From contig JBDLRP010000029.1 of NCBI GenBank assembly GCA_039799905.1, positions 83,535-115,534 of the forward strand: a stretch of 32,000 nt of DNA. Direction: 5' to 3'. The notes under the pieces are model-generated. The model had not been told where the DNA came from. It saw only the letters and a program-made list of their open reading frames with translations, and did not search any database. The translations under genes and the position numbers were made by a program. Each line of letters starts with the position of its first letter. The stretch's first letter is position 1. This document shows, in pieces, positions 9,101 through 16,278 of this stretch. The stretch is from Pseudomonadota bacterium (GTDB taxonomy: Bacteria; Bdellovibrionota_B; Oligoflexia; Silvanigrellales; Silvanigrellaceae).

Positions 9101-9979
9101 TCAGACTTCCTCAAAAAACAGGCTGAGAATGTAGGGTTGCCATAAGCAGACGATCAAGGCGGCGGCAGCTAAAAAAGGGCCAAAAGGCAGACTGGTCTGC
9201 AATCCCTCTTTCCTTGCAACACCGAGCCCGATACCGACAAGGCTGCCGAGTATGCTCGCCAGTCCAAGGACAATCAAGACTCCCTGCCAACCCACCACGG
9301 CGCCGATGAGGGCCATGTACTTAACGTCGCCAAAACCAAGTCCTTCGCGTCCACGCAAGACTTCATAGGTTTTTGCAATGAAAAAAAGCATTCCAAAGCC
9401 CAATAAAGAACCAAACAAAGCACCCTTCCAACCCAGAGCAACGTTCGCAGTTCCGAGTGCCAGTGCTGGAAGTGTCCCGCCGATGGTGATGACATCCGGC
9501 AAAATCCTCCAGCGCAGGTCTATTAGACTCAAGGGGATGGCGGTATAAAATAGAAACAGGCGGGTCAGCATAGAGATGATGGGCTGAAAGCGCATACTTC
9601 CCAATTGAGTTGCGTAGGGACCATCCGACCATATGGCTCCAATGAATTGCACCGGTGTGAGTGCAGAAAAGAACAGATAAACCGTTCCCACCGCAGTGAG
9701 AAGTTCAATCAGCGGATATTGCCAAGACACCGGCGCACCGCATGCCGCACAGCGCCGCCTGACAAGAAAAAAACCAACAATCGGGACAAGTCCGTGCACA
9801 GGTACAGGCGTCTTGCAGGCAACGCAGTGCGAAGGGGGCTGAACCACCGACAGACCAAGCGGCAGGCGGTAGGCAACCACATTCAAAAAACTGCCGATGC
9901 AGCCCCCCAGAAGAAAGAGAAACAGGGCAAACGCCGCGTTCAATGTTGATTCGTCCAGCAGCATGCTGCTTGCCCTCAT
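9101..9979 (-). CDS. pilD: prepilin peptidase (A24 family)
   Basis: It has two CxxC pairs (CVACKTPV...CAACGAPV), multiple TMs, and the catalytic Asp contexts LIDLRWRILPD and GFGDVKYMALIG. I trimmed the start to ATG 9979 (MRASSMLLDE...). The track's 10141 start would run across the divergent smpB start. Confidence 0.8.
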   Translation of the reverse strand: MRASSMLLDESTLNAAFALFLFLLGGCIGSFLNVVAYRLPLGLSVVQPPSHCVACKTPVPVHGLVPIVGFFLVRRRCAACGAPVSWQYPLIELLTAVGTVYLFFSALTPVQFIGAIWSDGPYATQLGSMRFQPIISMLTRLFLFYTAIPLSLIDLRWRILPDVITIGGTLPALALGTANVALGWKGALFGSLLGFGMLFFIAKTYEVLRGREGLGFGDVKYMALIGAVVGWQGVLIVLGLASILGSLVGIGLGVARKEGLQTSLPFGPFLAAAALIVCLWQPYILSLFFEEV

Positions 9980-10046
9980 GTATGAAAAAACATATCCATT
10001 TAGGAGAGCTTGAGTGTGCCACAAGCTGCTGGGCAGGGCCAATACG

Positions 10047-10490
10047 ATGAAATCGATTTCAAAAAACAGACGCGCGTTCCACGAATACGCAATCGAGGAT
10101 AAATATGAAGCGGGAATTGCGCTGCGTGGCTCGGAGGTCAAGATACTCCGCGAAGCTTCACCCAGTCTCGCAGAGAGTTATGCGATGATTCGTGAAGGAC
10201 AGGCATGGCTCATGAACCTCACCATTCCGACGCTCAAGCAGGCATCCTATCTCAACCACGCCGAGCGTCGTGATCGCCGCTTGCTGCTCAAGCGAAGTGA
10301 AATCAAAAAACTCGACGAAGCAACTCGACAAAAGGGATACACGCTGATTCCACTCGAGCTTTATTTCAACGATGACAACCGAGTAAAAATTGAACTTGCA
10401 CTGGCAAAAGGCAAGGCTGGCCACGACAAGCGTCAGTCGCAGAAAGAAAAAGACGCCAAGCGGGAAATGGATCGGGCCATCCGCCGCTGA
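10047..10490 (+). CDS. smpB: SsrA-binding protein SmpB
   Basis: MKSISKNRRAFHEYAIEDKYEAGIALRGSEVKILRE... with the basic C-terminal tail KGKAGHDKRQSQKEKDAKREMDRA. ATG 10047 is preferred over the upstream in-frame ATG 10014. Confidence 0.9.
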   Translation: MKSISKNRRAFHEYAIEDKYEAGIALRGSEVKILREASPSLAESYAMIREGQAWLMNLTIPTLKQASYLNHAERRDRRLLLKRSEIKKLDEATRQKGYTLIPLELYFNDDNRVKIELALAKGKAGHDKRQSQKEKDAKREMDRAIRR

Positions 10491-10501
10491 GTATCCGACG
10501 G

Positions 10502-10530
10502 TTCCCGGCTATCGGGAAATTCTTTCGGTT
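10502..10530 (+). terminator. weak candidate terminator after smpB
   Basis: TTCCCG-gctat-CGGGAA followed by attctttcggtt. The stem is short and the T-run interrupted. Confidence 0.3.
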
Positions 10531-10695
10531 CATGTTCAAGAAAGTAAAAAGTAAGGCCCGCACCGTTACAGCTGTGTAAAATCTGTATGCAGGTAAAAAA
10601 AGAAAAAAAACTGTTTTCCCACATTAAATATCGTGGCACGTCATTTGCTACCCTTCCGCACTGAGGCTGTCTGTCTCGCACTTGCGGGGGTTACG

Positions 10696-11490
10696 ATGAA
10701 GAGTCTGAATTTGCTCCCGACCTTAATCACCGCTTCACTGCTGCTCGCCAGCTGTGGACAAAACACTGCAGATAAATCCGAAAGCTTCAGCAATTCGAAC
10801 ACCGACACTCCGTTCGTGCTGATTGGTGCAATGCCAACATTCTTGAAAAAAACTCCGGATGATTCATCGAAGCTCAACAGCGGAAGCGGAAAATGTGCGA
10901 TTTCCGCGGGCACGAAACTTTTACTGCAATCAGATCCGACGACTGATGGTGCACATCTGATCGTCAACACCGAGCAGGTGCTCGCGGGCTGCGGATTTAG
11001 CAAAGGATACATTTATCGTCCGCATGTCGAGCGGAGTTCCGTCAAGCTTCTTTTTTCACCGACTGTAAGTGCGTTTCTCGACACAATCGGCTACGCCGAA
11101 GGAACCGGAGATCGCTACGACTACATATACACTCACAAAGTTTTTTTCAGCTACAATGGTCATCCCCGTGACCTACAATGCTCTGCAGGGCTCTGCTCGG
11201 ATGCGGCAGGCCGCTATCAATTTTTGTCGACAACTTGGGATGGCATTCGCAAAAGACTTGGACTCAGCGATTTTTCACCGCCCAGTCAGGACCGAGCAGC
11301 GGTGCAACTCATGAAAGATGTAGGCTGCTACAAATTCGTTGAGAATATTAATGGACCGGAAACCTTTTCCCGAGCGGCCAGTTGTGTTTCGGGTCAGTGG
11401 GCGTCGTTCCCCAGTTCCCAATATGGACAGAAAAAATATTCTTCTTCTCATCTGTATGAAAAGTTCAGAAAATTCATGGAGCGCTACTGA
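10696..11490 (+). CDS. lambda-R-type lytic transglycosylase (GH104-like) lipoprotein with N-terminal SH3b-like module
   Basis: The C-terminal domain aligns by eye with phage lambda R: FLDTIGYAEGT ~ FLDMLAWSEGT; AAGRYQFLSTTWDGIRKRLGLSDFSPPSQDRAAVQL ~ GAGRYQLLSRWWDAYRKQLGLKDFSPKSQDAVALQQ; WASFPSSQYGQ ~ WASLPGAGYGQ. ATG 10696 gives the lipoprotein signal MKSLNLLPTLITASLLLAS|C. Confidence 0.8.
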   Translation: MKSLNLLPTLITASLLLASCGQNTADKSESFSNSNTDTPFVLIGAMPTFLKKTPDDSSKLNSGSGKCAISAGTKLLLQSDPTTDGAHLIVNTEQVLAGCGFSKGYIYRPHVERSSVKLLFSPTVSAFLDTIGYAEGTGDRYDYIYTHKVFFSYNGHPRDLQCSAGLCSDAAGRYQFLSTTWDGIRKRLGLSDFSPPSQDRAAVQLMKDVGCYKFVENINGPETFSRAASCVSGQWASFPSSQYGQKKYSSSHLYEKFRKFMERY

Positions 11491-11535
11491 GCCTTGTGAA
11501 CAACTCTCAACTCTTCAAATGATTCTTTCGGGCAT

Positions 11536-12516
11536 TTAATCGACGTGTGCCTGAAAGACGAACCCGGTTTGTCCGACTTTTGCAAATTCGCAGCCAGACA
11601 AAGGCTCGGCAAGTCGAACGCGAAAATGACCAGATTCGCCTCTCCCACCATTGAGAATAAAAACCTTCATCGCCTGACCGGTCACAAGTGAACATTTTTG
11701 TTGTGCAGAGAGCTCTGCAGATTGAGCCGTCGAGGTTTTAAACCAGCTGTCATGCCGCAATTTGATTGAAACCGCGCTGCCTTCAGGCGGAGGCTCCGAC
11801 CAAACAACGCCTTCAGAGCCCCTCGGAGTCTTTCCAACTTCAGGTTGTGGCTCTTCATCACCACGCGGCTGAATTCTACGAATGCGATACCAAATTTCAG
11901 CAATGCCGCGTGCATCATCGGTAGTCAGCGAATTTGCTGCATTGCGCAGATTGGCCTGCATCACGGCTCCGCTCACATTGCTGTGGTGAAGGCCGAAAGC
12001 GTGCCCCAGTTCATGAAGAACGGTTTTTCGTCCGCCGCTCGAATCGCGTTTGGGATTCGTGACACCGGCCATGTTCAGGTACAAACTCCCAGCTCCAATC
12101 AGATAAGCACCTAGAGTGGGGCTTGTTGTCTGCGAAATCTCGCGCTGAAATCGACCTTCGTCATAGTGGAGTATGACTCGCAGCTCACCTGCCGAAACAT
12201 CGCCTCCACACGTTCCAAGAAGAAAGCGAACTTCTGGATTCACCTGAATGACACGCATCCATTCAAGGATTGCGAATTTGACGACTGATGCAAACTGACC
12301 GGCGTCTTTTTCGTAACGAACGGAGTCGACCGAACCTTCAGACTCCATACAAATCAGCAAGGGACGCCCCTGATGGACCGCCACAAGAAGATTTGCGGCG
12401 GGCTGCGCCCACCAATCACCCGTTACAAAGGCCGGCTGGGAATCTGTGGAAGAGGTCGGCAATTTGCATCCACAGAGCTGCAGACTAAAAAGACTGAGCA
12501 ACACATTCCGCAGCAT
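11536..12516 (-). CDS. matrixin-like (M10, metzincin) zinc metalloprotease lipoprotein with C-terminal SH3b-like module
   Basis: VLHELGHAFGLHHSNVSGAVM matches HExxHxxGxxH plus the Met-turn. ATG 12516 gives the signal/lipobox MLRNVLLSLFSLQLCG|C. Confidence 0.75.
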   Translation of the reverse strand: MLRNVLLSLFSLQLCGCKLPTSSTDSQPAFVTGDWWAQPAANLLVAVHQGRPLLICMESEGSVDSVRYEKDAGQFASVVKFAILEWMRVIQVNPEVRFLLGTCGGDVSAGELRVILHYDEGRFQREISQTTSPTLGAYLIGAGSLYLNMAGVTNPKRDSSGGRKTVLHELGHAFGLHHSNVSGAVMQANLRNAANSLTTDDARGIAEIWYRIRRIQPRGDEEPQPEVGKTPRGSEGVVWSEPPPEGSAVSIKLRHDSWFKTSTAQSAELSAQQKCSLVTGQAMKVFILNGGRGESGHFRVRLAEPLSGCEFAKVGQTGFVFQAHVD

Positions 12517-12540
12517 GAAAACCACCTCAACAGAACACAA

Positions 12541-13539
12541 CTACAAATCCACAACCCGGCTTTCTTGCGGCCTCAGCGGGGCGTACATCGGAGTATCGGT
12601 AGAACTGCCATCCGACTTAAATACCCGCAGCAGGTAGTTCACAGGTGGCAAGTAGCGGAGATCATAGCCACCATTTTTAACATCACCAATCGCTTCGGCC
12701 CGGTCGCATGAACTTGTGGTGTCAAACACATTCGCAACATTCACCGCTCCAGCAGGCAAATGACGCTGAAATTGCCCCACAGGCTCAAACTGCTTTACGT
12801 TCAACTTGTTGTGACGTCTTGATCCTCCCAAAATGTATGCGCAAATTCGTGTCACAGAAGGGTCGCCGACAGAGCCGTAAATACGCGCGGCAATTTTGCT
12901 TGGAACGACGTGAATCATCGGTTTCATCGCATAACGTCCGTCGGGTAGTTTAATCACAGAACGACGCAAATCGACGTGGATGATAATTTCGTTTTCGGAA
13001 TCCTCCTCAACGTCAAACTCCTCAATAATCGTGAATTCTTTTTGACCAAACGGACCGACGGGAAAATCTAGCCTGACGCGTTCGCCGGTCGACTTGCTCA
13101 CACCCTCAACCTCACTGTCCTGCGTCATAAAGAGTCTGAGACCTTCATAGGTACCTGCGGGAAGATTGGCTGCGAACGGCAAGACCTGGGTTTTTCCATC
13201 CGAGAGGGACAGCAGATCGACCTCTGTTTCTTTGTTCAAATCAAAATAGTAAAGCGACGAATCGGCGCAGGAACTGCGCGGATCTCTCAAACAGCGTCCT
13301 GTTCCCCCAGGGGCAAACGCAACAGCACGCACTGTCACATACAGGTTCGAAAAATCATCCACGGGTGCATCAGCCAGAGCCACCGTTACATTGCCCGGCT
13401 TGATAGGTTTTGTGGTTTGGGGATTGCCAGCCTGAACACGACAGCCGGATTCGCCCTGCATAAGAAACAACAGCAGCAAGAAAGTATATATTCTGCTGCG
13501 AAAGGCCGCGCCACTCTGAATTCCCAGCCGTTTTTTCAC
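12541..13539 (-). CDS. secreted DUF4382-like protein with CarboxypepD_reg-like C-terminus
   Basis: It has a signal peptide. GNVTVALADAPVDDFSNLYVTVRAVAF...DLLSLSDGKTQVL...LPAGTYEGLRLFM...IIIHVDLRRSVIKLPDGRYAMKPMIHVV matches my recollection of the DUF4382 template. GTGA overlap with the upstream gene. Confidence 0.6.
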   Translation of the reverse strand: MKKRLGIQSGAAFRSRIYTFLLLLFLMQGESGCRVQAGNPQTTKPIKPGNVTVALADAPVDDFSNLYVTVRAVAFAPGGTGRCLRDPRSSCADSSLYYFDLNKETEVDLLSLSDGKTQVLPFAANLPAGTYEGLRLFMTQDSEVEGVSKSTGERVRLDFPVGPFGQKEFTIIEEFDVEEDSENEIIIHVDLRRSVIKLPDGRYAMKPMIHVVPSKIAARIYGSVGDPSVTRICAYILGGSRRHNKLNVKQFEPVGQFQRHLPAGAVNVANVFDTTSSCDRAEAIGDVKNGGYDLRYLPPVNYLLRVFKSDGSSTDTPMYAPLRPQESRVVDL

Positions 13540-14414
13540 TTCTTACCCCCCGCCGCCTTCGTTAACGGAAAGATCTGCATGGAAATCTGGACCACCCGGC
13601 TGCCATCCTGAGTTTCAGCGGGAGGATGATCTTGATAAATCCGTTGTGAGAAGTCTTGAATCTTCTCTTTAAGTCCATCAAATTGTTCTTGAGAAAGCGT
13701 AAGCACCAGAGAGTTAATGTCCCTCTCTTCGGCCGGGCAGTCGACGACCGCAGCACGTGCCAAATCCAAAAGCGTCTGATGATAGCGAACCATCGCCACT
13801 CCGGCGACCTCGGGACCTGTCGCCACGTCATTCTGCAGCGCAACGTAACGCTTCTGACTACCATCCAGTTTCGCATAACCAATCCTGCACAGCAGCTCCA
13901 GTCCACTGTTGATTTCGTCGAGAGTAATCTTCGGACGAATCCGTTCCTGAAACCACTGCGGATCATCTGTGCTACCAGCAAAGCTCATCAACTCGAGCAA
14001 GACGGCATGTGACCAGTGACTAAAAAACTCTAACTGCCACTTATCGAGCTCGTTGACGACAAGACTTCCCTTCAACGCAACCAGTTTGCGGAAAACCGAT
14101 TCACGAATGACCGGATCGCGTTCGTAGCTGTGCTCCACCAGCAATTCGAAATACTGACGCTCACGTCCGACGAGCCCCAGGCCGGCAATCATTCTTTTGC
14201 AAGTCTTTATAGTCAGCGGACGGCGGCCACGAATGAGGGCATTCATCAGGTTGTTGCGGCCGAGGCCTGCATCGAAGGCAAAATCGAAGTATGTGTATTC
14301 GGGCTCGGCATTTTTAAGACCAACGAACAGCGCCTCCAAATACACCCGGTAATCGAGGTACTCCGATGGACGGACGACTTCGTTGCAAATCTTTTTGATT
14401 TTTGCCTTGTCCAC
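13536..14414 (-). CDS. TIGR02147-family protein (putative HTH DNA-binding)
   Basis: 292 aa. EYLDYRVYLEALFVGLKNAEPEYTYFDFAFDAGLGRNNLMNALIRGRRPLTIKTCKRMIAGLGL...ERQYFELLVEHS follows the pattern of the Fibrobacter/Bdellovibrio paralogous family TIGR02147. GTG start with AGGAGG upstream. Confidence 0.6.
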   Translation of the reverse strand: MDKAKIKKICNEVVRPSEYLDYRVYLEALFVGLKNAEPEYTYFDFAFDAGLGRNNLMNALIRGRRPLTIKTCKRMIAGLGLVGRERQYFELLVEHSYERDPVIRESVFRKLVALKGSLVVNELDKWQLEFFSHWSHAVLLELMSFAGSTDDPQWFQERIRPKITLDEINSGLELLCRIGYAKLDGSQKRYVALQNDVATGPEVAGVAMVRYHQTLLDLARAAVVDCPAEERDINSLVLTLSQEQFDGLKEKIQDFSQRIYQDHPPAETQDGSRVVQISMQIFPLTKAAGGKK

Positions 14415-14523
14415 GCCCCTCGTTTCCTCCTGATAATCATATCGACATTTTGTCCATCTGATTAAACAAAAAGCACAAGGAACTTAAAAGGATAAGCTTT
14501 TTGACATGAAACCGCATGAGCGT

Positions 14524-14543
14524 GAATTGTCCCAGGACAATTC
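14524..14543. promoter_or_regulatory. perfect 9-bp inverted repeat GAATTGTCC-ca-GGACAATTC
   Basis: Seen directly in the 138-nt gap between the lipoprotein gene stop (14553) and the TIGR02147 gene start (14414). No adjacent T-run on either strand. Confidence 0.3.
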
Positions 14544-14552
14544 ATCTCCTGA

Positions 14553-16232
14553 CTACAGTGGCCGCGCCCCCATATATGCTCCGAGACCAGCGGAAATCAC
14601 CGAACGCTCCAATTCACTCATTCTCACCCTGACAAACTGCTCCTCAAGCATACGAGCAATTTTAACCTTGGATGCAATGTCAGATGGCTTTGCCGAGGCA
14701 TCGGCAATGGGACTCAGCAACGCTCTGAGTTCTGCCTGCAAATCGGGAGGAAGCGAACGTGCCATGGAGGGTTTGGTGTTCTTCATATGCGTTGCCGCAT
14801 TGCGTAAACCGTTCATCGCCAGCTTGAATTTCTCCCAAGCAGCGCCTCCCTTGGTGTTCAACTGCGTGATGATCTCTTTTTTTGTCAGTGCGTTTTTTGG
14901 CGCAATCTTCAATAGATTACGCCAGGCCTGCGGATTGAGAACATTGCCGACAATCGACTTGCTGGTGCTCAATGCGCGCGCGGTATGAAAAATACCCTTG
15001 CGTGCTACGTTGTAAACGTCTGCCGCAATCATCGTATAGTAGGCCGTCTGCATCGCAACTTTCAAAGGACTCATCGGCAAATCCTCGATCCAGCGACTCA
15101 GCGGAATGCTCACCGCCGTGAAGACACCGCCCGCCGCAACGGCAACTGCAAACGCACTTGAGGCCATGACTGTCGCCGCACTTCCGGCCGAGGTAATGCC
15201 CGCAGCAACAGCCGCCGAAGAGGATGCACCTGCCGTAAAATATCCGACTGTTCCTGCTGTTGCAGTCCACATGGAACCCATTGCTGCTCCAAGCGCAGGA
15301 AGCGACACGACACTGATGGCAATTGCAGCACCCACTCCGACCACAACCTTGCGCGCGCCGTCGACTTGCTGCTTCAACCAGACTTTTGAGAACTCCTCCA
15401 AGTCCAACGGACCCTTTTCCTCATCGGGAATTCCCAGCATTTGTTTTGCTATGCTCTGCTCATCGGAAGCTTCTTTACCTTCAAAAAACCGATCAGAAGG
15501 AAGAGGCGCCGGAAAGGCAACCTCATTAGCCCACGAATCCGGGCGATGGGTCACCATGACTGTGCGCGCGAGAGGCTTACGCCTGATGAAAATTGCAGAC
15601 AACTCCTGCCAGTTGCCTGTCACACGAATCGCCTGATAGAGCTTGCCGTCCGCTCCGCGGACAAAAACAAATTCAAACTGCCGGGTGTCGCCAAGGATAG
15701 TTGAACCCCAATTGGGGTCGGTTGTGAAACCTGAGCAGTCTTTTGGGTTGCTTGTACCCGTCCCATTTTGCCCCAGCAATGTATTCGGATCGCCCAAGGC
15801 AGGGGTAATCCTGCAACCAAAAAAACGCAGAGTGCTTGCGTCGTTCCCGCCTTCAGCAGCAATTTTCATCTCATTGAGCAGCGCGCCGACTTCCGAAGAC
15901 GGGAGAAACTCCTCGAACTGGCTTTTCTTTTGCCGCACCTGAACTTTGACCTTGCCGTTGCGCGCCCCCTCCAAATTTACCGCAAGCATATGCATCGCAG
16001 AACAGTCGGCCTTCAACTGATCTTCCGTATCAGGATCCAGCAGGCCAGCTTCATCTTCCGGTGAGCAGGCCTCACTGATTTTTTTCATCGTCTCGGGATC
16101 CAGGTTGTCGCGATCTTCAATACCATACGAACGGCTGTTCGACTTCTGCTTGATGCATCCCGACAGAGTGCCTGCAAGCACTGCAGACGTTGCAACACAA
16201 ATGAGAGCTCTTCTCCATATATGAAAGCTCAT
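14553..16232 (-). CDS. hypothetical polytopic lipoprotein, last gene of the mot-like block
   Basis: 559 aa with a canonical lipobox (AVLAGTLSG|C). Domain order: a roughly 290-aa soluble domain, a Gly/Ala/Ser-rich hydrophobic stretch (VVVGVGAAIAISVVSLPALGAAMG...AFAVAVAAGGVFTAVSIPL) and a roughly 180-aa helical C-terminal domain. GAGGAGG SD. Confidence 0.65.
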   Translation of the reverse strand: MSFHIWRRALICVATSAVLAGTLSGCIKQKSNSRSYGIEDRDNLDPETMKKISEACSPEDEAGLLDPDTEDQLKADCSAMHMLAVNLEGARNGKVKVQVRQKKSQFEEFLPSSEVGALLNEMKIAAEGGNDASTLRFFGCRITPALGDPNTLLGQNGTGTSNPKDCSGFTTDPNWGSTILGDTRQFEFVFVRGADGKLYQAIRVTGNWQELSAIFIRRKPLARTVMVTHRPDSWANEVAFPAPLPSDRFFEGKEASDEQSIAKQMLGIPDEEKGPLDLEEFSKVWLKQQVDGARKVVVGVGAAIAISVVSLPALGAAMGSMWTATAGTVGYFTAGASSSAAVAAGITSAGSAATVMASSAFAVAVAAGGVFTAVSIPLSRWIEDLPMSPLKVAMQTAYYTMIAADVYNVARKGIFHTARALSTSKSIVGNVLNPQAWRNLLKIAPKNALTKKEIITQLNTKGGAAWEKFKLAMNGLRNAATHMKNTKPSMARSLPPDLQAELRALLSPIADASAKPSDIASKVKIARMLEEQFVRVRMSELERSVISAGLGAYMGARPL

Positions 16233-16278
16233 CTTGCCTCCTCATTCTGCAGTCCCTGCAGAAAATCAGCCCATGCCC

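Noticed and set aside
9980-10141. Long N-terminal extensions from the ORF track (pilD to 10141; also aminotransferase to 27903, DppC-like to 28721, TPR to 21175, GH104 from 10633, smpB from 10014)
   Set aside because: The extensions overlap neighbouring genes or precede the recognisable signal peptide or conserved N-terminus. Internal ATGs with SDs or stop-start coupling fit better.
10491-10695. tmRNA (ssrA) next to smpB
   Set aside because: The intergenic space is only about 200 nt. It lacks a GGGGCTG-type 5' end, a tRNA-like TCCACCA 3' end and a tag reading frame. It more likely holds a weak terminator and the promoter of the next gene.
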